Below, piece after piece: positions 1 through 12,177 of a stretch of DNA of 64,000 bases. Origin of the DNA: Chiloscyllium plagiosum. Its lineage: Eukaryota. Numbering within the stretch: the first letter of the stretch is position 1; each line of letters starts with the position of its first letter. The stretch covers positions 28,505,153 to 28,569,152 of the forward strand of contig NC_057719.1 in NCBI RefSeq assembly GCF_004010195.1, in the 5' to 3' direction. Below the pieces are notes generated by a model, which saw only the letters and a program-made list of their open reading frames with translations, did not search any database and was not told the origin of the DNA. The position numbers and the translations under genes were made by a program.

Positions 1-9
1 TTGTGAGTC

Positions 10-405
10 CATTCAGTATTCTAACAGTAGGGTATGAAACCGGCTGGTGCGTGCGTTGAGGCTTCTGTAACCTCTCCCCGATGGTAGAGGTTGTAGAAAA
101 GCATTGCCAGGCTGGGATGGATCTTGGAGAATGCTGGCGGCCTTTCCTTGACAGCGGGCCTGGTAGATGGATTCTATAGATGCTGGATTAGTGGTGCTGG
201 AAAAGTACAGCAGTTCAGGCAGCATCCGAGGAGCAGTAAAATTGGGAGGTTGGCCTTTGTGATTGTCCAGGCCGAGTTCACCACTCTCTGTAACAGTCTC
301 TGAGCTTGAATGGTACAGTTGTCATACCAGATAGTAATACATTCAGACAGAATGCTCTCGACAGCGCACCTATAAAAGTTGGCAAATTTTCTCAGCTGCA
401 TGAGG
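10..405 (-). mobile_element. Rex/Babar- or L2-like LINE 3' fragment, interrupted by a short Penelope-derived insert (~177-243)
   Basis: FYRCAVESILSECITIWY...LQRVV and SIESIYQARC..KAASILQDPS..LPSGRGYRSLNARTSR are typical C-terminal ORF2 motifs of this group. Confidence 0.75.
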
Positions 406-419
406 AAGACGTAACCAGT

Positions 420-3400
420 GTATCCACTTACTAACTATACCTCTTATGTTCACACCCATCACTCACATAAGTGATGAAAAGCAGTGGATCCAGCACCAAT
501 CCTCGTGGCACACCACTGGTCACAGGCCTCCAGTCTGAAGAGTAACTGTCCACCACCACCACCCTCTACCTTCTACCTTTGAGCCAGTTCTGTATCCAAA
601 TGGTTAGTTCTCCCTGTATTCTGTGTGACCTAACCTTGCTGACAAGTCTACCATGAGGAACCTTGCAGAACACCTTACTGAAGTCCATATAGATCACGTC
701 CACCGCTCTGCCCTCATCAAGCCTCTTTGTTACTTCTTCAAAACACTCAATCAAGTTAGTAAGACATGATTTCCCACGTACAAAGCTATGTTGACTATAC
801 CTAACCAATCCTTGCCTATCCAAAGACATGTAAATCCTGTCCCTCAGGATTCCCTTCAACAACTTGCCCACCACCGATATCAGTTCCCTTGCTTTTCCTT
901 ACCACCTTTCTTGAATAGTGGCACCACGTTAGCCATTCTTCCAGCACCTCACCTGTGACTATCAATGATACAAATATCTCAGCAAGGGGGCCAGCAATCA
1001 CTTCCCTAATTTCCCACAGAGGAAGTGCACTTCAAGACATCCAACACCACCTCCTCTGTAATATGGACATTTTTCAAGACTTCAACATTTGTTTCCTCAC
1101 ATTCTGTATCTTCTATGTCCTTCTCCACAGTAAACACTGAGCAAAATACTCGTTTAGTTTCTCCCCCATCTCCTGCGGTTCCACACATAGGCTACCTTGC
1201 TGACCTTTAAGGGGCCCTGTTGTCTCCTTAGTTACTCTTTTGTCCTTAATGTATTTATAGAATCCCTTTGGATTCTCCTTAATCCTATTTGCCAAAGCTA
1301 TCAAATGTCCCCTTTTTGCCCTCCTGATTTCCCTCTTAAGTATACTCCTCCCTTAATACTCTGCTGAGGATTCATTTGATCTCTGCTGTATGTACCTGAC
1401 ATATGCTTCCTTCTTTTTCTAAACCAAAACCTCACTTTCTTTAGTCATCCAGCATTCCCTCCACCTACCAACTTTGCCCTTCACCCTAACAGGAACATAC
1501 TGTCTCTGGACTTTTGTTATCTCATTTTTGAAGGCTTCCCATTTTCTAGCCTGTGAACATCTGCCCCCAATCAGCTTTCGAAAGTTCTTGCCTAATACCA
1601 TCAATATTGGCCTTTGTCCAATTTAGAACTTCAACTTTTAGATCTGGTCTATCCTCTTCCATCACTATTTTAAATCTAATAGAATTATGGTCGCTGGCCC
1701 CAAAGTGCTCCCCCACTGACACCTCAGTCACCTGCCCTGCCTTATTTCCCCAAGCGTATGTCAAGTTTTGCACCTTCTCACATAGGTACATCCACATATT
1801 GAATCATAAAAATTTCTTGGACACTTAACAAATTCCTCCCCATTTAAACCCTTAACACTATAGCAGTCTCAGTCTCTGTTTGGAAGGATAAAATCCCCTA
1901 TCACTGCCACATTATTTTTCTTACAGATAACAGATCTCCTTCCAAATTTGTTTCCCAATTTCCTGCTGACTGTTGGGGGGGGGGGTCTATAGTACAATCC
2001 CAATAAGGTAATCATTCCTTTCTTATTTTTCAGTTCCACCCAAATAACTTCCCTAAGTACAACTGTAATGTTATTCCTTATCAAAAACGCCACTCCCCCT
2101 CCTCTCTTGCCTCCGTTTCTATCCTTCCTGTAGCATTTGTATCCTGGAACATTAAGCTGCCAGTCCTGTCCATCCCTGAGCCATGTCTCTGTAATTGCTA
2201 TGATATCCCAGTCCTAAGCTCTTAACCATGCCCTGAGTTCATCTGCCTTCCCTGGTAGGCCTCTTGCATTGAAATAAATGCAGTTTACTTTACCTAATTC
2301 TCTGCTTTGTTTCTGTGTGCCCTGACTGTTTGACTTGCTCCCTTCTCCAACTGTATTAGTCTCAGATTGATCTCTTTCCTCACTATTCACATGGGCCCCT
2401 CCCCCCCCCACTCCCCCCCACTTCCCACTTTACTAGTTTAAATCCTCGCAAGCAGCTCTAGCAAATCTTCCTGCCAATATTTTAGTCCCCTTCCAATTCA
2501 GGTGCAATCTGTTCTTCTTATACAGGGCATTTATACACCAGAAGAAATTCCAATGTTCCAAAAATGTGAACCCTTCTCCCCTGCACCAGCTCCTCAGCCA
2601 CACTATCATCCGCTCTATCCTCCTACGCTCATTAGCTAGTAGCACCAGGAGTAATCCAGATATCACTACCCTCGAGGACCTCCTTTTAAATTCCTGACTA
2701 ACTTCCTATATTCTCCCTTCAGAATCTCATCCTTTTTCCTCCCTATATTGTTAGTTCCAATGTATACAATGGTCTCCTGTTGGTCCCACTCTACAGTGTG
2801 AATATTCTTCACTCTCAGCAAGATATCCTTGATTCTGGCACCAGGGAGGCAACACACCATTTTGATTTCTTGCTGTTGGTCACAGAAGTGTCTGTCTGTG
2901 CCTCTGACTAAGCAGTCCCTATCACAAACAATCACTTGGAATCTGACGTACCCCTCATTACATTTGAGCCATTCTCAGTACCACCCACTTGGCATTTGTG
3001 CTACATTCCCCTGAGAGTCCATCACCCCCTATATTTTTCAAAACAGCATACTTGAACACTCCTGCATTATCTGCCTCCCTCTCCTACCCTTCCTGGTGGT
3101 AACCCATCCACCTGACTGTTATCTGCAGTTCTTCTCCCTTCCTATAACTGCCATCCATCATACCCCGTAGCTTTTGTGAGTTCCTCATTGCCTCTAACTG
3201 CTGCTCCAACCAATTCATGCAATCTGATAGGATTTGCAACCAAACACACTTAATGCAGACATAATCATTCTTCCTAATCTCCCACATCCGAAAGGAAGAG
3301 CACATCACTCAATTAAAGGTCATCTATGCACCTTAACAATCAGAAAAAAATAGCACAGTCTTACTGCTTTAAAAAACACTGCTCCAGGCTAACTTAGTAC

Positions 3401-3790
3401 CTTCTTTTTATATTTTTAAATTGTAATCAAGAGACTGATCTCAATAAAATCAATCAAAAAGAACCCACTCTACTCACTATTAAGAAAAGACAGTAAAGTT
3501 ACTCTTTAAAACTATGCACTTAACTGCTCCTGCGCTGTGAGCTCTCTCACACAGGTTCTCCCAAGGCCAGCTGTGAATTTCACTGTTTATTAATTTTTCT
3601 TAGATGCACTCCAATCTCCAGAAATACTTGAACTCAAACAGTAACTGCAGTAGCTGTGCAGATTCACTGCTGTGTCAGACAACAGTATAGGTTTCCTTCT
3701 CTCACTGTCTATCTCTCTCTCTCTCTCACTGACCATGTGGTTTTCTTCTTCCTTTATAAAGTGCCATACATCTCTGATTCTAAATGATCT
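420..3790 (-). mobile_element. Degraded CR1 LINE: 5' UTR, ORF1 (Zn finger + SGNH esterase), ORF2 endonuclease and part of RT
   Basis: ORF fragments CIKCVWLQIL, MVCCLPGARIKD, WLRSWCRGEGF..HLNWKG, CIYFNARGL, GLYYRPP and DVIYMDFSK, broken by many stops and frameshifts. Confidence 0.9.
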
Positions 3791-4232
3791 TGAATCAGAA
3801 AATAATGTATATGGATGCAGGTAAATAGTAAAAAGGGAAAGAAGAAACTGGTTGGAGAGGTCCAAAAACTCTCCTAATAGTAGTCATACGGTGGGACAGG
3901 AAATAATGAATGCACATAACAAAGATGGGTGACTTTAATCTTCATGTAGATTTTGAGAGTCATATTGGTAGAGGTAGCCATCAAGAAGAATTCATACAAA
4001 GTATTTGGGACAGCTTCCTCGAACAAAAGTGCTGTGGATTCAACCAGTGTTCAGGCTGTTTTCAGATCTGGTAATGTAAAATGAGGCAAATTTAATACAT
4101 TGTGTCAAAGCAAAAGATCCTCTGAGAAACAGTGGCCATAGCATGGTAAAACTTCATTCAAAATGGGTAAACTTGGGTCAGAAACAACTGTGCTAAACCT
4201 AAATAAGTGTGATTATAAAGGTGTGAGGCAGA

Positions 4233-4760
4233 GGGTGGCATGGTGCAACAGTATTTTAGCACTGCTGCCTCACAGTGCCAGGGATCTGGGTTTCTATTCT
4301 AGCCTTGAGTGACTGCATGTGTGGTGTTTCTACATTCTCTCAGTGTTTATGTGAGTTTCCGCCGGATGCTCCAGTTTCCTCTCACAGTGAAAAAAATCTG
4401 CGGATGAAGTGGGTTGGTTATGCTAAATTGCCTGTAGTCAAGAGTGTAGTGCTGGAAAAGGACAGCAGGTCAGGCAGCATCCAAGGAACTGGAGAATCGA
4501 CATTTTGGGCATAAACCCTTCATCAGGATGCTGCCTGACCTGCTGTGCTTTTCCAGCACTCTACTCTCGACTCTGATCTCCAGCAGCTGCAGTCCTCACT
4601 TTCTCCTAAATTGCCCATAGTGTCCAGCAATGTGCAAGCCATGGGAAATGTGGAGTTGTGGAGATAGATTGGGGGGAGGTGTAATCTAGGTTAGATGCTC
4701 TTCAAAGGTCAGTGCAGACTCAATGGGCTAAATGGGCTTTTCCTGCACTGTAGGGATTCC
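4233..4760 (+). mobile_element. Older HE1-like V-SINE interrupted by a Penelope fold-back element
   Basis: tRNA-like head, V-domain (ccggatgctccagtttcct..gctaaattgcc) and CR1-like tail. Confidence 0.8.
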
Positions 4761-5445
4761 TACTGGCTGGAATGGACTGGCAAACCAGTTTAGCAGCAAA
4801 GGTTATTGTGGAACAATAGCAGCTATTTAGCGCAATAGTTCATGCTCACTGCAAAGACACATTCCAGGAAAAAAAGAAAGATACTATAAAGGGGTTAAGC
4901 CAACCATAGTTAACCAGGGAAGTTAAAAAGAGCATCAACTTGAAAGAAGAAAAGACATGTAGTGAGGCAAAGATTAGTAACAAGCCAGGGCACTGGGAAA
5001 GTTTTAAAAATTATCAAAAGATGACCAAAAATAATAAAGAGGAAATACATTTTAAGGATAAATTATTAATATTATCAAGACTGACAGCAAGAACTTCTCT
5101 AAAGATATAAAATGGAAAAGAAAAGTCAAAGTGACATAGGCCCTTTAGATAGTGAGGCTGGGGAAACAATGGGGAAAACAGGAAATGGCAGAAGGTTGAA
5201 TAAATACTTTTCATCAGTCTTCACAGTAGAAGACAGAACTAGCATACCAAAATGGGGCAAATCGAGGAGGAGAAACAGATCAAAAGCTATCACAAGAAAA
5301 AAAGTACTAGGGAAACTAATGGGGCTAAAGATCCTTAAATTCCCTGGAGCTGATGTGATACATCCTAGGATATTACGTGAAGCAGTTATAGAGGTCATGG
5401 ATACACTGGTAGTAATCTTCCAAGAATCCTTAGATTCCGGAAAGG

Positions 5446-5683
5446 TCTCGGGCAACTGTCTGTGTGGAGTTTGCACATCCTCCATGTGTCTGTGTAAGTT
5501 TCCTCCGGGTGCTCTGGTTTCCACCCACAGTCCAAAGATGTGCAGGTTAGGTGAATTGGCCATGCTAAATTGCCCATAGTGTTAGGTGTAGGGGAATGGG
5601 TCTGGGTGGGTTGCTCTTCAGAGGCTGGTGTGGACTTGTTGGGCCAAAGGGCCTGTTTCCACACTGTAAGTAATCTAATCTAA
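5446..5683 (+). mobile_element. 5'-truncated HE1 SINE
   Basis: V-domain plus the tail gggcctgtttccacactgtaagtaatctaatctaa. Confidence 0.85.
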
Positions 5684-6586
5684 GGCTAGAAAACTGCCAA
5701 TGTAACACTTTTATTTGAAAAAGGAAGGATACAAAAAAACAGGTAACCAAAGGCCAGTTGCTTTAAAATTTGATATTGAAAAAATGTTAAACTCTATAAA
5801 AGATATAATAGCAAAGAATTTCAAAATACTTAATATGATCAAGGACAGTCAGCATGGCCTCATGAGGGAACAAAACATCTAACAAATTTATCAGAATTTT
5901 CTTCAAGGAATAACAAACAGATTGCTAAAGAGGAAACAGTGGATGTGATATAATTGGATTTTCTGAATGTATTTGATAAAGTATCACATATTAAGCCACC
6001 TAATAAGAGCCCATGGTGTTGGAGTTAATATATTAGGAGGAGAGAGGATTAGCTAACTAATAGAAGGCAAAAAGTTGAGATAAGGCCTGAGTTTTCAGGA
6101 TGGCAATCTGCAACTAGTGGGGTGCCACAGTGATTAGTTCTTCACAAGGACGATTCTTTATAATTTATACCAATGTCTTGGATGATGAAAGCAAATGCAC
6201 CAGAGCCAGGTGGTCAGGCAAGTGGTGAGAGTTAGAACATAGAACATAGAACAATACAGCACAGAACAGGCCCTTCGGCCCACGATGTTGTGCCGAACAT
6301 TTGTCCTAGCTTAAGCACCTATCCATGTACCTATCCAATTGCTGCTTAAAGGTCACCAAAGATGCTGACTCTGCCACTCCCACAGGCAGTGCATTCCATG
6401 CCCCCACCACTCTCTGGGTAAAGAACCTACCCCTGACCTCCCCCCTATACCTTCCACCGTTCACCTTAAATTTATGTCCCCTTGTAACACTCTGTTGTAC
6501 CCGGGGAAAAAGTCTCTGACTGTCTACTCTATCTATTCCCCTGATCATCTTATAAACCTCTATCAAGTCACCCCTCATCCTTCACC

Positions 6587-6812
6587 NNNNNNNNNNNNNN
6601 NNNNNNNNNNNNNNNNNNNNNNNNNNNNNNNNNNNNNNNNNNNNNNNNNNNNNNNNNNNNNNNNNNNNNNNNNNNNNNNNNNNNNNNNNNNNNNNNNNNN
6701 NNNNNNNNNNNNNNNNNNNNNNNNNNNNNNNNNNNNNNNNNNNNNNNNNNNNNNNNNNNNNNNNNNNNNNNNNNNNNNNNNNNNNNNNNNNNNNNNNNNN
6801 NNNNNNNNNNNN
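6587..6812. other. Assembly gap
   Basis: Run of N. Confidence 1.
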
Positions 6813-8754
6813 TGGCTCCTGACTTTCCGCATAAGCCTACCATGGGAAACCTTGTCAAATGCCTTACTAAAATCCATGTACACTACATCCACTGCTCTAC
6901 CCTCATCTACATGCTTGGTCACCTCCTCGAAGAATTCAATAAGACTTGTAAGGCAAGACTTACCCTTCACAAATCCGTGCTGGCTGTCCCTAATCAAGCA
7001 GTGTCTTTCCAGATACTCATAAATCCTATCCCTCAGTACCCTTTCCATTACTTTGCCTACCACAGAAGTAAGACTAACAGGCCTGTAATTCCCGGGGTTA
7101 TCCCTATTCCCTTTTTTGAACAGGGGCACAACATTCGCTACTCTCCAGTCCCCTGGTACCACTCCCTTTGCCAGTGAAGACGAGAAGATCATTGCCAACG
7201 GTACTGCAATTTCCTCTCTTGCTTCCCACATAATCCTAGGATATATCCCGTCAGGCCCGGGGGACTTTCCTCAAGTTGTTCAAAATGTCCAACACATCTT
7301 CCTTCCTAACAGGTATCTCTTCTAGCTTACCAGTCCATTTCACACTCTCCTCTTCTACAATACGGTCCCTCTCGTTCGTAAATACTGAAGAGAAGTACTT
7401 GTTCAAGACCTCTCCTATCTCTTCCGACTCAATACAGAGTCTCCCACTACTGTCCTTGATCGGACCTACCCTCGTTCTCGTCATTCTCAGGTTTCTCACA
7501 TACGCATAAAATGCCTTGGGGTTATCCTTGATCCTATCCGCCAACGATTTTTCATGCCCTCTCTTAGCTCTCCTAATCCCTTTCTTCAGGTCCCTTCTGG
7601 CTATCCTGTATCCCTCCACTGCTCTGTCTGAATCCTGTTTCCTCAACCTTATGTTAGCCTCCTTCTTCCTCTTTACCAGACATTCAACCTCTCTCGTCAA
7701 CCAAGGCTCCCTCACACGACCATTTCTTTCCTGCCTGATAGGTACATACATATCATGGACACGTCGTATCTGCTCTTTGAAAAAGTTCCACATTTCCTCC
7801 ACATCCTTCCCTGACAGCCTATGCTCCCCACGTATGCTCCTCAAATCCTGCCTTACAGCATCGTAATTTCCCTTCCCCCAATTATAAAATCTACCTTGTT
7901 GTGCGCACCTATCTCTCTCCATAACCCAGGTGAAAGTCACAGAATTGTGGTCACCATCACCAAAATGTTCACCCACTAACAAGCCCACCACTTGTCCCGG
8001 TTCATTACCGAGTACCAAATCCAATATGGCCTCCCCTCTGGTCGGACAATCTACATACTGTGTTAGAAAAGCTTCCTGGACACACTGCACAAACACCGCC
8101 CCATTCAATCTATTTGATCTAAAGAGCTTCCAATCAATATTTGGGAAGTTGAAATCGCTCATGACTACTACCCTGTGGCTTCTGCACCTTTCCAAAATCT
8201 GTTTCCCAATCTGTTTCTCCATATCTCTGCTGCTATTGGGGGGCCTATAGTAAACACCCAACAAGGTGACTGCTCCTTTCCTATTTCTGACTTCAGCCCA
8301 TTCTACCTCCAAAGGCAGATCTCCCTTGAAATGCCTTTCTGCAGCCATTATACCATTTCTAATTAGCAACGCCACACCCCATCCTTTTTTACCACCCTCC
8401 CTAATCTTACTGAAACATCTGTAACCAGGAACCTCCAACAACCATTCCTGTCCCTCTTCTATCAACGTTTCCGTGATGGCCACAATATCGTAGTCCCAAG
8501 TACCGATCCACGCCTCAAGTTCACCCACCTTATTTCTGATACTCCTTGCGTTGAAGTATACACACTTGAACCCATCTCTGTGTCTGCAAGTATTCCCTGT
8601 CAGTGCTAACTTTTCCATAGCCTCCCTACATTCTTGGACATCCTGAAAAACAGCTAACCTACTTGCTGGACTACAAGTCCGGATTCCATCCCCCTGCCAA
8701 ATTAGTTTAACCCCCCCCCCGAAGAGTGCTAGCAAACCTACCTCCCAGGATATT

Positions 8755-9085
8755 TTTTAGATTAGATTAGATTAGATTACTTACAGTGTGGAAACAGGCA
8801 CTTTGGCCCAATAAGTCCACACCGACCCGCCGAAGCGCACCCACCCAGACCCATTCCCCTACATTTACCCCTGCACCTAACACTACAGGCAATTTAGCGT
8901 GGCCAATTCTCCTGACCTGCACATTTTTGGAGCGTGGGAGGAAACCGGAGCACCCGGAGGAAACCCACGCAGACACGGGGAGAATGTGCAAACTGCACAC
9001 AGTCGGTCGCCTGAGGCGGGAATTGAACCCGGGTCTCTGGCGCTGTGAGGCAGCAGTGCTAACCACTGTGCCACCGTGCCGCCCA
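8755..9085 (-). mobile_element. Full-length HE1 SINE (tRNA-derived V-SINE)
   Basis: Head gggcggcacggtggcacagtggttagc (A box), ggttcaattcc (B box), V-domain and (TCTAA)n tail. Confidence 0.92.
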
Positions 9086-10204
9086 CTAATTAGCAACGCC
9101 ACACCCCCTCCTTTTTTACCACCCTCCCTAATCTGGTTCAGGTGCAACCCGTCCTGCTTGTACAGGTCCCACCTTCCCCAGAATGCAGTCCAATTGTCCA
9201 AATACCTGAAACCCTCCTTCCTACACCATCCTTGCAGCCACGTGTTCAACTGCACGCTCTCCCTAATTCTTTCCTCACTGTCACGTGGCACCAGCAACAA
9301 CCCAGAGATGACGACTCTGTCCGTCCTAGCTTTTAGCTTCCAGCCTAACTCCCTGAGCTCCTGAATGACCTCCCCACTCCTCTTCCTACCAATGTGCACC
9401 ACGACTTCTGGCTGCACACCCTCCCCCTTAAGGATTCTGAAGACACGGTCCGAGACGTCTCAGACCCTGGCACCTGGGAGGCAACAAACCAACCGAGAGT
9501 CTCGCCCATGTCCACAGAACCGTCTGTCCCTCTAACTATAGAGTCTCCTATAACTAGCGCTCTCCTCCTCTCCCCCTTTATAGAGTCTCCTATAACTAGC
9601 GCTCTCCTCCTCTCCCCCTTTCCCTTCTGAGCCTCAGAGCCGGAGCTCGTGCCAGAGACCCGGTCACTGTAGCTTACCCCTGGTAGGCCGTCCCCCCCCA
9701 AACGTATCCAAAGCGGTATACTTATTGTTGAGGGGAACGACCACAGGGGATCCCTGCACTGCCTGCTTCCTCCCCTTCCCACCTCTAACTGTTAACCCAG
9801 CTACCTCTGTTCTCTGGCGTAACTATGTCCCTGTAGCTTCTATCTATCACCCTCTCAGCCTCTCGAATAATTCTCAGTTCATCCAACTCCAGAGTCTGCA
9901 GATATGTAGACTGGTTAAGCAAGTGGGCAAAAAAGTTGGCAGATGGAATATAATATGGGAAAATGTGAGGTTATGAACTTTGGCAGGAAGAACAGAAGAG
10001 CTGACTATTATTTAAATGGAGAAAGACTGCAGAAAACTACAGAGTAGAGGGATTTGGGCATCCTCGTCCACGAATTGCAAAAAGCTAGCATCCAAGTTAA
10101 GCGGGTAATAGCAAAAAGAAATGTTGACATTTATTTCAAAGAGAATGCAGTATATAACTTGGGAGGTTTTGCAAAAACTATACAAGGCACTAAGAATAGT
10201 ATGA

Positions 10205-10412
10205 GGAGAAAGTGAGGTCTGCAGATGCTGGAGATCAGAGCTGGAAATGTGTTGCTGGAAAAGCGCAGCAGGTCAGGCAGCATCCAGGGAACAGGAGAAT
10301 CGACGTTTCGGGCATAAGCCCTTCCTGAAGAAGGGCTTATGCCCGAAACGTCGATTCTCCTGTTACCTGGATGCTGCCTGACCTGCTGCGCTTTTCCAGC
10401 AACACATTTCCA
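10205..10412. mobile_element. Penelope-derived fold-back element with 16-bp TSD
   Basis: 83-bp arms at 10242-10324 / 10330-10412 (1 mismatch); TSD ACTAAGAATAGTATGA at 10189-10204 / 10413-10428. Confidence 0.88.
10325..10352 (+). ncRNA. Minimal hammerhead-ribozyme core (Penelope type)
   Basis: CTGAAGA-A-GGGC ttat GCCC-GAAA-CGTC: CUGAnGA core, 4-bp stem II, GAAA, palindromic ACGT and a GUC triplet. Stem I is only about 2 bp. Confidence 0.6.
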
Positions 10413-11008
10413 ACTAAGAATAGTATGAACAATTTTGGGGCTCTTATCGAAGGAAAGATATACTGGCATTGGAGGCAGTCCAGAGAAGGTTCACTAGCGT
10501 GATATCTGGTATGGAAGGGCTGTCTTACAAGGAGAGGTTGACTAGGTTGGACTTGTCCTCCTTGAATTTCGAAGTATGAGTAGTGGCCTTCTTGAAACAT
10601 ACTTAGGGGACCTGACAGGACACATGCAGCAAACTTCTTTCCCCTCTTTAAGATTCTAGGACTAGAGGACAGAATCTCAGAGTAAGAGGTTGCACATTTA
10701 AGACAGAGATGAAAAGTAATTTCTTCCCTGAGAGGTTAATTAGTCTGTGGAATTCTTTATTGCAGAGGGTTGTTGAGGTTGGATCAAGTGTGTTCAAGGC
10801 TGAGATAGGCAGATTTTTGACTCATAAGGAAATCAAGGATTATTGAAGAAAGCCATGGAAGTGGAGATCAGGGTTATCAGAAAAGCCATGATCCCATTGG
10901 CTGGTAGAGCAGACTCGATGGGCTGAATGACCTACTTCTGCTTCTACATCTTCTGGTTTTATTGCACAACTGTTGACTCCAATTAATTGGATCAATGTTA
11001 TTACTTAC

Positions 11009-11207
11009 ACGGCAGGAAATACAGAAAACATTGTTGGTGACAATTTTTCTCCTCTCCCATGTGGTTCAGAATTATAGAAATAAGTGCAAATGCAAGCATG
11101 CTGGGCTGATTCTCTGTAATCCCCTTACCCAAACAAAAACACTGGGAAATAAATGCCTTCTTGGTTGAGTTAGTAGCATTTCACTGGATTTGGCTCTACT
11201 ATCAAAA
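11009..11207 (-). pseudogene. Candidate decayed exon
   Basis: tacag| ... |gtaagt; 199 bp. Reads LIVEPNPVKCY*LNQEGIYFPVFLFG*GDYRESAQHACICTYFYNSEPHGRGEKLSPTMFSVFPA; phase-compatible with the 14380 segment. Confidence 0.4.
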
Positions 11208-11287
11208 CTGTACTTTTATACACAGGAGAAGACTCAAACAAGTCTGTCTCTTTTACAGCAGGCAATGCCACTTTCACATGATTTTCC

Positions 11288-11406
11288 TGTTGTGGTGATT
11301 GTAATGAGGTCAGCCAGCTGGGCCTCATAGAATATGAGTTCCCTGATTGGGGCTGTTAATCTGGTCCAATCACAGACTCCTGGCTGACAGATATAAATAG
11401 GAGTGT
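11288..11406 (+). mobile_element. 5' part of an LTR-like repeat (CCAAT + TATA)
   Basis: Starts TG; inverted CCAAT boxes near 11346 and 11366; TATAAA at 11392-11397, where the Tx1 stack interrupts it. Confidence 0.5.
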
Positions 11407-12177
11407 TAGATTCGTACACCTTGAGTCTCTCACTGTGTCTCTCACCTGCACACACACACATGGGTGCTGGAAAAAAATAAATAAACAGGAGTGTTGCTCC
11501 TGGGCCTGTCCAAACTGGCCATAAACAGGTCCAGGCAGCGGGCTGTGGAGGGGGTCGTTAGGGCCGACTGCCTGCCCCTCTTCCGCGGTTATGTTAGGGC
11601 CCGGGTGTCCTTGGAGAAGGAGCACGCGGCTTCCACCAACACCCTGGAGTTGTTCAGGGAGAGGTGGGTGCCGCAGGGAGTGGAGTGCATTATTTCCCCC
11701 TCCAACTCTATTTTGATTTAACCTCTGCCCTCTCCTTCACTGTTTGATCACACAGCATTGCCCTTTGATGTGAAGGGCACTGCTTGTCACTGGCCACTCA
11801 GGTGTTTCCTTTCTTCCTGGTGGTGGAAATTTGAATAAAGTTTTGTGCACCTTGTGTCTTTCACTGTGTCTCACACCTGCACACACACACCATGGGTGTT
11901 GGGGAAAAGAATAAGCACTACCGCAGTAAAAAAATAAAAAAAACAGGAGTGTTCCAACGCTATTTTGATTTAATCCCTGCCTCCCCTTCACTGTTTGATC
12001 ATGCAGCATTGCCCTTTGATGTGAGGGGCACTGCTTGTCACTGGCCACTTGGGGTGTTCTCTTTTTTACCTGGTGGTGGAAATTAAATAAAGATTTGTAC
12101 AGTTTGTGTCTTTCACTGTGTGTCACACTGCACACACACAACATGGGTGCTGGGGAAAAAATAAGAACTACCGCAGT
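11407..12177 (+). mobile_element. Three tandem 5'-truncated Tx1-clade 3' ends
   Basis: ORF 11491-11721 LLGLSKLAINRSRQR...FRGYVRARVSLEKEH...FRERW resembles the Tx1 ORF2 C-terminus. The 3' UTR is repeated three times. Confidence 0.75.

Larger units (their letters stand above)
6233..9890 (-). mobile_element. Younger CR1 LINE (ORF1 esterase, 494-aa endonuclease block, RT; spans an assembly gap)
   Basis: GDSIVRG, CVYFNARSI, YYRPP and DVVYMDFSKAFDKV motifs; (TTCTATG)n tail at 6233-6255; candidate TSD AGAGT at 6228-6232 / 9891-9895. Confidence 0.93.
3810..10965 (+). mobile_element. Old CR1 ORF2 remnant hosting nested insertions (resumes at 9891)
   Basis: LNKYFSSVFT...IHPRILRE at 5112-5440. The RT region continues across the 6233-9890 insertion to a 3' tail near 10930-10960. 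Confidence 0.8.

Noticed and set aside
6474..7022. ORFs containing X runs (also 23676-24125)
   Set aside because: Artefacts of translating across N gaps.
7251..8735. 494-aa ORF as a host gene
   Set aside because: It is the CR1 ORF2 endonuclease region, frameshifted before the RT.
8755..9085. tRNA gene
   Set aside because: The A/B boxes belong to a SINE head followed by a V-domain and a LINE-derived tail; many copies occur in the window.
11393..11952. CRISPR-like repeat-spacer array
   Set aside because: This is a eukaryotic context, and the 'spacers' are homologous Tx1 3' ends of very different lengths.
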